64,000 bases of DNA from Bacteriovoracia bacterium (GTDB lineage Bacteria; Bdellovibrionota; Bacteriovoracia; Bacteriovoracales; Bacteriovoracaceae): assembly GCA_046570105.1 (NCBI GenBank), contig JBKHVI010000003.1, forward strand, positions 32,001 through 96,000. Direction: 5' to 3'. Of the stretch, positions 1 through 10,083 are shown piece by piece; position 1 is the first letter of the stretch, and each line of letters starts with the position of its first letter. The translations under genes and the position numbers were made by a program. The notes beneath the pieces are model-generated. The model worked only from the letters and a program-made list of their open reading frames with translations. It was not told the DNA's origin and ran no database searches.

Positions 1-527
1 TCTTGATCACTACCTGCTAATACTCCTGGAACATTGCCGGCGCCTGCCACAATCACACTCGCCAAGATGCGCGGCTCAGATCCCGCCACATAACTTGAAA
101 GCATGCCACCTAAACTCATGCCTAAGATGCCAAACTTGCCATTAAATCTTGGATCGTTTTCCATCGCGCTGATTAATTGACGAACACCACCAAGCGCTCG
201 CTCATAAGACTCATCATGCACTCGCAGATCATTGATCTCTCGCTCCTGCGAATTTTCTTTAACGACCTGAATAACGTAAGCGGCCATGCCACTTGCACAG
301 AATTTGCTCGCAACACGACGATCTAGCACCGTCTCCCCTACAATCGGTGGCAATACAAAAATGACGGGTCCACCTTTTTTGGCCGGCAAATACTCTTTGG
401 TTCGAATCTCCCAGCTTGATTGATCAATCGGATCGATCCCCTGAAAGCTGCGCTCGCTGCCGGTGCATTGAGCGATAGCTGTTAAAGGAAGTGAAAATAA
501 TGAAGCGAGTAGAATAATGTTTTTCAT
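1..527 (-). CDS. Secreted alpha/beta hydrolase (partial, runs off the left edge)
   Basis: Not in the ORF track. ATG at 527 on the minus strand reads MKNIILLASLFSLPLTAIA (signal peptide) ... FGILGMSLGG (GxSxG nucleophile elbow); frame open to position 1. Confidence 0.75.
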   Translation of the reverse strand, partial: MKNIILLASLFSLPLTAIAQCTGSERSFQGIDPIDQSSWEIRTKEYLPAKKGGPVIFVLPPIVGETVLDRRVASKFCASGMAAYVIQVVKENSQEREINDLRVHDESYERALGGVRQLISAMENDPRFNGKFGILGMSLGGMLSSYVAGSEPRILASVIVAGAGNVPGVLAGSDQ

Positions 528-637
528 AGGGGTTCTTCTAGCAACGGAGTCTTGGCAATTATAGCAACAACACCTAGACGGCCTTATGTTTGAAAATTTA
601 CCTGACACTTAAGTCTTATCGCGCTAAAAATTCCTCT

Positions 638-1417
638 ATGGAAAGACCCACTCCTTCGGCCGAAGTATTGCAGCAGTATCAAGGGCTTAAGCTCTCTGAT
701 GCGGGCAGTGACTTCTTTATCGCCGACTCTTCTCGCGTGGTGCTCAAGCTCTTAGCGTCGGACATCCCGGTCGAATCAATCTTAGCGACGGCCGAATGGT
801 ACGCTGAAAATCAGCACCAAATTTTTTTAAAACAAACACCCATCGCTTACCAGGTTCCCATTGAAGTTATGCAATCGATCGTGGGTTATAGTCTTCATCA
901 CGGTGTGATGGCGCGCGCTCGTCGTCCCCAAGATGCCAGTTTAGCCGACCTCTTAACCGGCCCCATTCTCGTCATGGACGGCATTGCTAAAACCGATAAC
1001 GTCGGCGCCATCATTCGTAACGCCGCCGCTTTTGGAATAACTAATATCCTGGTTGATCATCGCACTTGTCACCCTTTTCAGCGTCGCGCGGTTCGCACTT
1101 CCATGGGCAATGTCTATGGCATGAAAATTCATCAAACCAGAAACCTAGCAGCTGATCTTTTGTGGCTTAAGTCGCAAGGTGTGCAGGTGGTGGGCTTTGA
1201 AAATCGCCCCTCGGCAGTCAATCTAGGTGAGCTGCAATTCACTTCAAAAACAGCTTTAATCATCGGTTCAGAAGCCACTGGCATGTCCCCAGAAGTGATG
1301 GCGACAGTTAATCAGTTAGTTCGCATTCCTATCGACGAAGATGTCTACGCTCTCAATGCCGCTTGCGCCTCGGCAGTGGCCCTTTACGCCTTCAAAGAAA
1401 ACTTCAAACCAGCCTAG
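638..1417 (+). CDS. TrmH/SpoU family RNA 2'-O-methyltransferase
   Basis: [20 protein letters not shown] and [12 protein letters not shown] motifs; ATG 638 preferred over TTG 590. Confidence 0.9.
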   Translation: MERPTPSAEVLQQYQGLKLSDAGSDFFIADSSRVVLKLLASDIPVESILATAEWYAENQHQIFLKQTPIAYQVPIEVMQSIVGYSLHHGVMARARRPQDASLADLLTGPILVMDGIAKTDNVGAIIRNAAAFGITNILVDHRTCHPFQRRAVRTSMGNVYGMKIHQTRNLAADLLWLKSQGVQVVGFENRPSAVNLGELQFTSKTALIIGSEATGMSPEVMATVNQLVRIPIDEDVYALNAACASAVALYAFKENFKPA

Positions 1418-1736
1418 CACCGTTAGGTGATAACTTGTCTGGTCGAACTAAAACGACCGCACCTGATTGGTCATAAATCCCAGTCACCAAAACCTCGGAA
1501 ATAAAATTGGCGATTTGTTTTGGTGCAAAATTACAAACACATAAAACCTGTGTGCCGATCAACGATTCTGGGGTGTAATGAGTGGTAATCTGAGCGCTCG
1601 ACTGCTTAATTCCCAGCTCACCTAAATCGATCCACAGTTTATAAGCAGGTTTTTTGGCCTGGTTAAAAACCTCCGCCTTTTGAATCGTGCCAATTCGCAG
1701 CTCTACCTGGCTAAAATCCTCCCAAGTTATCGACAT
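1404..1736 (-). CDS. csaA: tRNA-binding domain protein / export chaperone CsaA
   Basis: [40 protein letters not shown]. Confidence 0.9.
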   Translation of the reverse strand: MSITWEDFSQVELRIGTIQKAEVFNQAKKPAYKLWIDLGELGIKQSSAQITTHYTPESLIGTQVLCVCNFAPKQIANFISEVLVTGIYDQSGAVVLVRPDKLSPNGARLV

Positions 1737-1824
1737 TATAACCCCTTATGACCTGTAAAGAATACTCAGCATAACCGCAAAAGTGTCGCTTCCCCTTAAT
1801 ATACAAATATTAAAAGGGTTTATC

Positions 1825-2622
1825 ATGTTGCGCTTAACAATGCTGATTCTGCTGTGCCTTTCAGTGATTTCTTGCGGAAAAGAAAGCACCAAAAGTGCAC
1901 GTAAAAAGATCACACTGACTGAAGCCGATATGGAAGCCTTGATGGCCCAGCAGAGTATTTCATGCCCCAGCCAAGACTGCCCTGATGCCATCGCTCGTTT
2001 GTTTATTATCAATTTCAATGATGCAGAAAATAGCTCGCTGTGCACCGGCTCTCTCGTTGGACCTCGTCTACTTATGACTAACTCTCATTGCATCGAAAAC
2101 GGCAACCTCCAACAAGTGTGTGAAGGCTTCTATGCTGTTTTCAATTCGCAATTTGGTGGTCACGAAGTGGCACGCTGTTCACAAGTTCTCTTTCGCCATA
2201 ATCACTCTACCAATCGTTCAGGACTCTCATCACAGGACTATGCTCTCATCCAACTAGATCGTGATGTGATGGCGACACCACTCACAATTGAGCGCCAAGG
2301 CTTTAAACCGGGCGACACAGTTCACCCTTACGTGATTGATCATATAAGCGGCGCCAGTGCGCGCATCGTAAAGCTAGAATGCACAGTAAGCTCAGACACC
2401 AACAACGGTCGTGATCTTGTGCTCAATCGCTGCCCTGCGATTGGTGGTAACTCAGGCGCACCTATTCTTCTCACTAATGGATTGGTGGGTGGAGTGCTTT
2501 ACGCAGCTCAAGACACTTCCGTAAATGAAATCACTGAGCTTCCAGAACGCCAAACCGCCAATACCATCTCAGTTGGTTTTCCCATGAATGAAATCTTGGA
2601 AGATCTAGATCGCTGGTTATAA
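1825..2622 (+). CDS. Trypsin-like (S1) serine protease, lipoprotein
   Basis: Lipobox VISC; TNSHC (His), QDYAL (Asp), GGNSG (Ser). Confidence 0.8.
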   Translation: MLRLTMLILLCLSVISCGKESTKSARKKITLTEADMEALMAQQSISCPSQDCPDAIARLFIINFNDAENSSLCTGSLVGPRLLMTNSHCIENGNLQQVCEGFYAVFNSQFGGHEVARCSQVLFRHNHSTNRSGLSSQDYALIQLDRDVMATPLTIERQGFKPGDTVHPYVIDHISGASARIVKLECTVSSDTNNGRDLVLNRCPAIGGNSGAPILLTNGLVGGVLYAAQDTSVNEITELPERQTANTISVGFPMNEILEDLDRWL

Positions 2623-2724
2623 GTTGTAAGCATTTTCATCCCTCAAAGTGCCAGTTTGTCCCTATCCTGCCTGTCTTTTCTCTTGATACGAGTTCTATAG
2701 GACTTAAATCTTAGGAGAAAGAAT

Positions 2725-3312
2725 ATGCGTCTCTTTATCGCTGTGTTTTTATTTTGTGTGACCGCTGAAGCTGTTCACGCTCAACGCGTTGACACTATTA
2801 TCAATGGCCGTCGTTATACTTGTCATCCAGCTGATAACGGTCCTCTTCCTCCACCACCGCCACGCGATCCTAGCCTCTGCGCCAATACTGCTTACGCGGG
2901 TCCTTTCTCGCGCGATGAATCTCTTCGTTTATGTGAAGGTGCCTATGATGATTCACCTGCACGTTGTGCGATCAAAGCTTATGCAGGTCCCTTCAGCAAA
3001 GATGAATCTATTAACCTCTGCACACGTGCTTACTCAGTAGGTCCAGCCGACTGTGCGATCAAGGCCTACGCCGGCCCATTCAGCAAAGCTGAGAGCCTTC
3101 AGCTATGTGGTAGCCCTTACGCAGACGTAGCAACAGCAGATTGCGCTATACGTGCTTACCAAGGCCCCTACTCGCGCGAAGAAAGCATTCGTATGTGTTC
3201 TGGTCGCAGTTCGTTGAAGTCTGCACCAAGCTTGTTAGCCAAGAGTGAGCTAGAAAATCTACTCATCTTAGCGAATGAAAAAGCTGTGTTGGAAGGAAGC
3301 TATAAGAGATAA
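2725..3312 (+). CDS. Secreted Cys-rich tandem-repeat protein
   Basis: AGGAGA RBS, signal peptide, Pro linker, four CAxxAYxGPxSxxESxxxC repeats. Confidence 0.8.
   Translation: MRLFIAVFLFCVTAEAVHAQRVDTIINGRRYTCHPADNGPLPPPPPRDPSLCANTAYAGPFSRDESLRLCEGAYDDSPARCAIKAYAGPFSKDESINLCTRAYSVGPADCAIKAYAGPFSKAESLQLCGSPYADVATADCAIRAYQGPYSREESIRMCSGRSSLKSAPSLLAKSELENLLILANEKAVLEGSYKR
2878..3198 (+). repeat. Four 29-30 aa coding tandem repeats (last one partial)
   Basis: CANTAYAGPFSRDESLRLC / CAIKAYAGPFSKDESINLC / CAIKAYAGPFSKAESLQLC / CAIRAYQGPYSREESIRMC. Confidence 0.9.
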
Positions 3313-3314
3313 TG

Positions 3315-3344
3315 AAAAAGGCCCCGAAAGGGGCCTTCTTTTTT
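3315..3344. terminator. Bidirectional intrinsic terminator
   Basis: AAGGCCCC-gaaa-GGGGCCTT (3318-3337) flanked by A and T runs, between convergent genes. Confidence 0.85.
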
Positions 3345-3600
3345 AAAAGCCTAAAATATCTACGTAAGTTGTGCCCTTCGCCAGTGACGAAGAAGATTTC
3401 GCGCGCTGACCTTTGATCCAAATTTTCTTTTCATTAAAAAGATCTTTCAAGGCCGTGCGAGAGATCAATTTTAACTTCATATTCTCGTCCTGATCTCTCA
3501 GGGCATTTAATAAAGTATTGTCCATGCGCGACTCTGGATTCTCCAAAGTGAGGGCAATACGAAAAGAATTGGGAACAGTTGCTGGCATCGAATCACTCAT
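3343..3600 (-). CDS. Small hypothetical protein (possibly S4-like RNA-binding fold)
   Basis: 85-aa ORF 7 bp downstream of the preceding gene; RMD..L...SRTALKDLF...KIWIKG pattern is reminiscent of S4 domains. Confidence 0.55.
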   Translation of the reverse strand: MSDSMPATVPNSFRIALTLENPESRMDNTLLNALRDQDENMKLKLISRTALKDLFNEKKIWIKGQRAKSSSSLAKGTTYVDILGF

Positions 3601-3607
3601 GGTCTAC

Positions 3608-4084
3608 CTATTTACGTTTAAAAGTTACTACTGTGTTACGAACTTCATGGTCAGTTGATTCTTCATCCCAACCAATAATTGTCATTCTTGCTGTTACGCT
3701 TTCATCCGAAACTGACAGAACCTCAAAGTAAGCGATTCCTTCATCTTGCGAGATACGGTAGCTTTCGCCGACCGACCAAGTGCTAGGATTTTCAGATGAG
3801 TCGTCGTTATCCCAGTAATACCAGGTATCGGCAACCGTCAAATCATCCTTACCTACATATTCGCAGACTTCAGAGATCATCCCGCCGTCTTTGCTCCAGG
3901 TATAAAAGCCCACAACAGCGTCTTTACTATTAGTTAAATAGTTAACTTCAGTAAAACCATCCTTGACCCAATCAGCGATTGAATCCTCGAGAGACACTAA
4001 CTGAGAGCTTGAGCAAGCCTTCAGCTCACGCGCCATTGCACTGAACGAAAGTGTTAGCATTAAACCAAAAATGAGAGTTTTCAT
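3608..4084 (-). CDS. Secreted hypothetical protein
   Basis: AAGGAG RBS, signal peptide MKTLIFGLMLTLSFSAMA, acidic mature region. Confidence 0.75.
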   Translation of the reverse strand: MKTLIFGLMLTLSFSAMARELKACSSSQLVSLEDSIADWVKDGFTEVNYLTNSKDAVVGFYTWSKDGGMISEVCEYVGKDDLTVADTWYYWDNDDSSENPSTWSVGESYRISQDEGIAYFEVLSVSDESVTARMTIIGWDEESTDHEVRNTVVTFKRK

Positions 4085-4273
4085 TGCGACTCCTTAATTA
4101 ACGACAATTCCTATCGTTTAACTTTTAGGTGTGCTTGTAGCAGTTTGGCCATGTAGGCCCTATGTGACTGGAAATAAATACAGCGTATTTTGCTTGATGG
4201 ATTTCACGCTCTTCACAAATTCTAAAAAGGAGATGTCTCACCTAACTTACTGAGAACACAGGACTTGCACTCC

Positions 4274-5275
4274 CTAAGGATATTTCTCAACTAGTTGAGC
4301 TGCTAGCTCCTCCGCATCGGAGCGAATCCCACGCAAGAAGCGAGAACGAAAGTCTTTGTTCCTGGGGGAACCTAGATAATAGACATTAGGGTGTGGAAGT
4401 GGGGCCATGTCTGAAAAAGAAAATCCAGTTGTAAAAATGAGCACATCACATTTTATAGGTGAACCATTTTTAAAAAAAACCTCATCACTGGATATTCTCT
4501 CAATTATTCCACGACAAACAATAGGCTTATGTTTGATCAATTTATTTACTGACTCATCCATCAGAACTGGAAAGTTCAAACGAGGCCACAATCTCGCGAC
4601 GAGTGCTTCAATGCCTATGCTAAACCAGACAGGCAATTTATGAATCCATGCTGGTGAGAAACGAATGGGACTGCGATGACTGATTATAAAACTGACTTTG
4701 CCTTTCGTTTTTAATTCAATCTCTTCAATAATTTGTCCCGCCGATAAACGGCTTCCAACTATGAGTACTTTTTTGTTGGTGAAATCAAACTTGTCTGTAG
4801 GGTTATCCACGAAATGAAAGACCGGGATGCTCGCCTGACTAATGATATCTTTTGAAAGTGAATAAGCAGGATTATTCCAGTACCCGGTAGCAAAGACTAC
4901 TGCCCGTGCCTTGATTGATTCGTTATCTGTTTGCAAAATTAGTTCGTTGCTTTTGGAATCGATCGTTAATACGGATTTATTATATTCGACAGAGAGATGA
5001 TGCTTGCGCGCGTACTCGGCAAAATAGCCATGTATTTCTTGCGCTGATAATTGCCTTTTGCTTGGAAAAAGTTCGCGATCTTCACTATCAAGATGATTCA
5101 TCGCCCAGGGTGTCAGAATTTTAAGAAATGAAGGCATCGCTTTAAAAGAACTCGCCGGCCCCTCTGCCTTCTCTAGCACTCGATGAGGAATATTTCTGCG
5201 TAAAAGTTCGCGCGAGAGCTTAAGCCCAGCTGGACCAGCTCCCACGATAACAATCTTGGCAACATCATGTGGCAC
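4274..5275 (-). CDS. FAD/NAD(P)-dependent oxidoreductase (flavin monooxygenase-like)
   Basis: GAGPAG FAD motif, FATGY, second dinucleotide motif IVGSRLSA, FTTGF; 5 bp from the upstream radical SAM gene. Confidence 0.8.
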   Translation of the reverse strand: MPHDVAKIVIVGAGPAGLKLSRELLRRNIPHRVLEKAEGPASSFKAMPSFLKILTPWAMNHLDSEDRELFPSKRQLSAQEIHGYFAEYARKHHLSVEYNKSVLTIDSKSNELILQTDNESIKARAVVFATGYWNNPAYSLSKDIISQASIPVFHFVDNPTDKFDFTNKKVLIVGSRLSAGQIIEEIELKTKGKVSFIISHRSPIRFSPAWIHKLPVWFSIGIEALVARLWPRLNFPVLMDESVNKLIKHKPIVCRGIIERISSDEVFFKNGSPIKCDVLIFTTGFSFSDMAPLPHPNVYYLGSPRNKDFRSRFLRGIRSDAEELAAQLVEKYP

Positions 5276-5280
5276 TTTGA

Positions 5281-6780
5281 TTAAGCAAAAGTCGTAAGCT
5301 TAACTCGCTCAGGTTCATTCACACCTTCAAGATCCAAGCGCTTATCTTTGAAGCGATGGATATTGTTATAAGCACAGCCAGGCATCAATCGACCATCAGG
5401 TAGAGCATAGTGGGTACAACATTTGCGAATACGTGAGACCTCAAAGTCAAACTCGTCCATAAACGCATGAATGAAAATCGCTTTAACTTTAGTTTCAGAA
5501 AGCTTCCAAAGCTGCTCTTGTCCAAGAGTGCCAGCGCCCTGATATTCGTTCAAAATCGACTTCAATGATTGCAGCACCTGCTCTGTATCAACCGTGACAC
5601 TTTGTGCACTCCAGAGATTATAGATGGCATCTTGAATGAGCTGTTGGGCTTTATCATCGGCTTCTAAGATTGCTCGATTGGTAAGCATGTTGAGATAAAC
5701 GGCTACGTCACCAAAGTGAGTCAAAGGAACGAATTTACCGTTGTCCAACTTCAAAACGTAACAAGCGGTATAACAAGAAGGATGCGAGCATGGGATAGGG
5801 AGAAAATCTTCTTTTTTGAGCCAATCAGTTTGCTTCTCAAGTAACTGATGAATATCCACTTGTGTAAGACGTCCCATTGGATCTTGTGGGAATGAGGTTC
5901 CGCCGGCACCAGTATACGCTGCTGGCTGAATAGTCACCGAGGTAACAAAGTCATGCTTAAGCGCAAAGTCGATAACTTCACCTAATTCATGATCGTTGAA
6001 GCCGCGGGCAACTGTTGGAACGAAGATCGTGGGAATATTATATTTCTCACACATCTCGAGCGTTTTCATTTTTGTTTCAAGTAATGAGGCACCACGAAGT
6101 TTTTTGTAATTCTCGTTGTTCAAAGAATCGAACTGCAATGAAAGATAAAGACCCATATCCTTAAAGCGTTTGGCAAATTCTTCGTCCTGAGCAATTTTAA
6201 TACCGTGAGATGAAACCAAAACACGCTTAATATCTTTTTGCTTACAGGCGTATTCCGCTAATTCAAAAAACTGTGGATGAAGTGTCGGCTCTCCACCCGA
6301 AAGTAACATCAACTCAAGACTTCCTTCTTTACGCAGAAGTCCGTCAGTGATGTTTTTAAATTCCTGCAAAGACATATTATAATTGTTCTGATTCCAAACA
6401 ATACAGATGGGGCACTTAAGATCACAGGCATTACTAATTTCAACAATGGGAGAACATGTATGCTGTTCATGTTCTTCACAGAGCCCACAATCATCAGGGC
6501 AGCCATCTTTAAAATGGGTAGAGAATTCTTTCGGCTTAGTTCCAGGTTTGGTGTAAGTCAGACTTTTAACCCAATAATCAACATCAGATGAGAGAAGTGC
6601 TTCAAACTCACCATGGTGAAAACAGCGTTTCGTAAGAATAACTTTATTGTCGCGAAAAATAATTTTGGCCTGAATAGTTTTGCGACATTTGGGGCAGATT
6701 GACTGTGTCGCTGAAAAGAATGAGCCTTTACGGTCTTCTTTATCCTTAAACGTATTAGTTCCGCAGCATCCTACATCCAT
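5281..6780 (-). CDS. Radical SAM protein, Tes/MJ0619 (tetraether synthase / GDGT-MAS)-like family
   Basis: C29xxC32-x20-C53xxH56, CPDDCGLCEEH, radical SAM motif CDLKCPIC, SGGEPTLHP, PCSHPSC and C-terminal KCCTHYALPDGRLMPGCAYN; AGGAGA RBS. Confidence 0.85.
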   Translation of the reverse strand: MDVGCCGTNTFKDKEDRKGSFFSATQSICPKCRKTIQAKIIFRDNKVILTKRCFHHGEFEALLSSDVDYWVKSLTYTKPGTKPKEFSTHFKDGCPDDCGLCEEHEQHTCSPIVEISNACDLKCPICIVWNQNNYNMSLQEFKNITDGLLRKEGSLELMLLSGGEPTLHPQFFELAEYACKQKDIKRVLVSSHGIKIAQDEEFAKRFKDMGLYLSLQFDSLNNENYKKLRGASLLETKMKTLEMCEKYNIPTIFVPTVARGFNDHELGEVIDFALKHDFVTSVTIQPAAYTGAGGTSFPQDPMGRLTQVDIHQLLEKQTDWLKKEDFLPIPCSHPSCYTACYVLKLDNGKFVPLTHFGDVAVYLNMLTNRAILEADDKAQQLIQDAIYNLWSAQSVTVDTEQVLQSLKSILNEYQGAGTLGQEQLWKLSETKVKAIFIHAFMDEFDFEVSRIRKCCTHYALPDGRLMPGCAYNNIHRFKDKRLDLEGVNEPERVKLTTFA

Positions 6781-6880
6781 AGATTCTCCTGGTGAGGAAA
6801 CACCCTACCATAAGGCCAATTTTAGATACAAGTTCCGAATAACCGAGCTTTTTTTTTGCTTTTTTGTCAGAATAGCAACC

Positions 6881-9049
6881 ATGTGGTCACGACTAAACTT
6901 TTTACGCTCACCGCTATCGGTGCTAGCGGTCTTTATAGGCTTTCTGGGCCTTAGTTTTTCTCAACTAAAAAATCTTCGTACCGAGCTACAAATTTATCAC
7001 CTGGACGATACACGCTTTAAAACGGCGCAAGATTTTCAGCGTGTCCGCAAAAGTTTTGCTGACCCTGCTTCGTTTCAATTGCACTGGTCGAAGCAAAATG
7101 GGCCTTTCACCATGGTTGAAGTATGCCAGATAGAAAAGCTTGTAAGAAATCTCAAAAAACTTACTCCTATCAAGGGAACTTTCATTGCCAGCATCAGCTC
7201 TCCGCTTGATCTGCGCACCTTTGAACTGACTGGCAGTCGCCTGTGGTTTCCCCGACTCCTCAGTGTGCAGTGCCAAAATCCCACAACGGAACCCGTCGAC
7301 CTCACTCCGCTCTATAATTTTCCGCTCTATCTTCAGCCGCTCACAACTGCTGCCATTCTTTCTTACAACCTGAAGCTCGCAACTGAATCCGACAAGGCAG
7401 AAAATGCTCAGCCTGACATTATCGGTGAAGCGTATGTAAAAGCTTTGCAACTACAAAAGGAAATACCAGGTCTTGAGCTTCACATTGCAGGCCGCGGGGC
7501 GACTCCTTGGCATATGCAAAAAATGATGATGAGTGATGCTCCGATTAATCTATTGGTCTTTCTCTTCATTTTGATTTTCTTTCGTCTTTTTCACGGGTCT
7601 TGGACAAGTGGCTTTCTGCTGACCGGCTCCCTTGTGACGACTCTCACCATTTCACTCGGTGTGATGGCTTATCTTGATATTCCAATCGACGCTCTCACTA
7701 ATACCCTATTTATCCTGGTTATTATTTCTGGAGTTGAAGACTACATCTTTCTCGTGGAAGAGAAGCGAAAAAATCCTCAGACGCAAGTAAACCAACCCTT
7801 TATTAAATTGCGAGCTCCCAGCTTTTTCACCTCTCTTACGACTATCATAGGGTTCGGAGTATTAGTTTTTTCTAGAATAGAAATCATCCAACGCTTTGGA
7901 GCGATCGCCGCTTTTTCCGCTTTGATTGAATGGTTTATTTTACTCTTCGCACTTCCCGCACTGCTGACACTTTTCCCAGCACTTGCTAACAAGTGGCTGC
8001 GAATAGACAAAGCTTGGGCACCTCGCTGGCTAGATAGTCTGGCGACATTGCGCCCCTCCTTCATAGTAAGTGTCATTATGGTTGCCATTTCTTTGGCAGG
8101 ATTTTTAGCATTCTCACACTTGAAATATAATGATTCTCCGAGGGAAAATTTCCCAATTCATCATCCTGCTCATAAAGCCTATGCTTTTTTAACACAGCAG
8201 TTCGGCTCTGAAGGATCACTGGAGATCGTCTTCCCGGCGAAGCATGCAAAACCTAAAAACTTTGAAGAAAAAATTTCTTCCATCTCTGGTGTCGTCAAAA
8301 TCCATTCACTGCCTGCTCTGTTTCATGCTATTCCACAAGACCTACCCCAAGAAGTCACTGAAGATATTAAACGCCATATTATGCAGACTGATCTCGCCCA
8401 ACATTATCAAAATGATGAGTGGGAAAGATGGGTCGTGTATGTTCAATCGATAGATCAAGAATCTTTGAAGAAAATGATTATTCAGATTCAAGCGATTTGT
8501 CAGGATACCTGTTTCCCGAGTGGCGAACTCGTTGTCTACGCAGACTTCGCAGATGAAGTCGCGAGCACACTTTTTAAAGGACTTGATCTCTCACTTTTAT
8601 TAGTGGGACTCACAGTCATCTTCTTGTGTTGGTGGAGAAAGATCAAACCCCTCTGGCCGGTACTCTTTAGTCTATTTTGGTGCCCACTAATGCTGTTGTT
8701 GGTGCTAGTGGTATTTAATGTTCCCATCAATCTGATGACTTGTTTAATAGGAGCCATTTTTGTGGGGCTCTCGGGTGATAACTCTATTCAGTATTTATTT
8801 GCCAGCAAGAATCTTGAGGATGGAGCGCTTGAGCGCTCACGTGCCACTGTTGTATTAACCATACTCTCAATGTGCTTATGTGGCTTCTTATGGGGATTTA
8901 CCCTTCGGCCGCTGCACACCGTAGGAACATTGCTGGCCGTCGGATTTGCTTTTATTCTGATTGGTGATCTGTGGGTATTACGAGGTTTACTTCATAAAGC
9001 GAATCGTGGGGCCAACACGCGCACCAAAGATTCAATTGAAACAAACTGA
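6881..9049 (+). CDS. MMPL/RND family transporter
   Basis: Two repeats of a periplasmic domain plus TM bundle, with GVEDYIF and GLSGDNSIQY motifs; ATG 6881 avoids overlap with the divergent gene. Confidence 0.85.
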   Translation: MWSRLNFLRSPLSVLAVFIGFLGLSFSQLKNLRTELQIYHLDDTRFKTAQDFQRVRKSFADPASFQLHWSKQNGPFTMVEVCQIEKLVRNLKKLTPIKGTFIASISSPLDLRTFELTGSRLWFPRLLSVQCQNPTTEPVDLTPLYNFPLYLQPLTTAAILSYNLKLATESDKAENAQPDIIGEAYVKALQLQKEIPGLELHIAGRGATPWHMQKMMMSDAPINLLVFLFILIFFRLFHGSWTSGFLLTGSLVTTLTISLGVMAYLDIPIDALTNTLFILVIISGVEDYIFLVEEKRKNPQTQVNQPFIKLRAPSFFTSLTTIIGFGVLVFSRIEIIQRFGAIAAFSALIEWFILLFALPALLTLFPALANKWLRIDKAWAPRWLDSLATLRPSFIVSVIMVAISLAGFLAFSHLKYNDSPRENFPIHHPAHKAYAFLTQQFGSEGSLEIVFPAKHAKPKNFEEKISSISGVVKIHSLPALFHAIPQDLPQEVTEDIKRHIMQTDLAQHYQNDEWERWVVYVQSIDQESLKKMIIQIQAICQDTCFPSGELVVYADFADEVASTLFKGLDLSLLLVGLTVIFLCWWRKIKPLWPVLFSLFWCPLMLLLVLVVFNVPINLMTCLIGAIFVGLSGDNSIQYLFASKNLEDGALERSRATVVLTILSMCLCGFLWGFTLRPLHTVGTLLAVGFAFILIGDLWVLRGLLHKANRGANTRTKDSIETN

Positions 9050-9372
9050 GCCAAGTCTTTGGGCGCTAAGTTATCCGCTGGATTCAACCCTGGAAGTAAG
9101 GGTGCTAAGCGTTTTTTTGCTTCATCACTTAAGATATCATTTTGAACGGCTTCTTCACGACTGAGTCCAGTGCGCTTAAGGAAATCAAAATCATTTTTTT
9201 CTAATTGAATATTGAGGTCACCTTCAAGTTGGAAAATGATATCCATAAAATCCAACGAGTCAGCACCCAGATCAGTCATGATCTTGGTATCAAGAGTCAA
9301 GTCTGCTTCTGATCGCGCCATACTACGGGCGACACAGGCAATAACATTTTTTTCAAGTTCTGAGCGATTCAT
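8992..9372 (-). CDS. Acyl carrier protein with internal insertion (126 aa)
   Basis: DLGADSLDFMDI phosphopantetheine site; GAGGA RBS; last gene of the fab operon. Confidence 0.85.
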   Translation of the reverse strand: MNRSELEKNVIACVARSMARSEADLTLDTKIMTDLGADSLDFMDIIFQLEGDLNIQLEKNDFDFLKRTGLSREEAVQNDILSDEAKKRLAPLLPGLNPADNLAPKDLAQFVSIESLVRVLAPRFAL

Positions 9373-9384
9373 AGAATTTTCCTC

Positions 9385-10083
9385 TTACCATAAACTATAG
9401 CCACCATCGACTGGAAGTACTACTCCAGTTATCGCTGATGCATCATTAGATAACAAAAAACTGCAAGTTTTTGCAATCTCTTCAGCACGAATTAAGCGCC
9501 CCATCGGTACCATTTCAGCAGGATCAACTCCATTTTCTTCCTTAGATTGGCGCAACATTGCCGAATCAACGGGTCCTGGTAAAACGATATTGATTCGCAC
9601 ATTACGCTTGGCCATTTCGCTGGCAAGAGCTTTGGTTAATCCTTCTAGTCCTGCTTTAGTAGCAGAATACACCGCATGACCACGAGTCATACGATGAGCA
9701 GAAACACTTCCCATTAAGACAATACTGCCGGCACGTTTTTTAGAAAATAAAGGCAGAAGCAGTTGTAAAAACTTAGTGGGTGCAAGCATGTTGGTTTGAA
9801 ACATTTCATTCAAATGCTCTTCAGCTAATCCCATCAAAGGCCCACTGTGATGGATCCCCGTGCAATCAACATAACCGACCAAATCTTCTTGGCTCACTTT
9901 CATGATAAGATTTTTGCAAAGTTCAGGATTATTAACGTCCAATTCAAACCAATCAATGGGTACAGCTGGGTTTTTCTCGCGTCGAAAAGTTCCAATAACA
10001 TTAAAACCGCGACTCACTAAATCTTGCGCTACAGCGAGACCAATCGCGCCCGATGCACCAGTCACAAGGATAGTTTTTTTCAT
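9385..10083 (-). CDS. 3-oxoacyl-ACP reductase-like SDR
   Basis: TGASGAIG, GSVS, YSATK; ATGA overlap with fabF stop. Confidence 0.85.
   Translation of the reverse strand: MKKTILVTGASGAIGLAVAQDLVSRGFNVIGTFRREKNPAVPIDWFELDVNNPELCKNLIMKVSQEDLVGYVDCTGIHHSGPLMGLAEEHLNEMFQTNMLAPTKFLQLLLPLFSKKRAGSIVLMGSVSAHRMTRGHAVYSATKAGLEGLTKALASEMAKRNVRINIVLPGPVDSAMLRQSKEENGVDPAEMVPMGRLIRAEEIAKTCSFLLSNDASAITGVVLPVDGGYSLW

Noticed and set aside
5281..6780. MoaA or methanopterin methyltransferase annotation
   Set aside because: Lacks the MoaA C-terminal CxxC-x13-C/GG signature and has no pterin gene context; the MJ0619 family was reassigned to lipid coupling
6680..6880. Extended N-terminus of MMPL (likewise the long versions of fabI to 14935, acyltransferase from 14680 and ArsA from 35538)
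   Set aside because: The extensions overlap neighbouring genes and carry no family motifs; internal ATGs fit better
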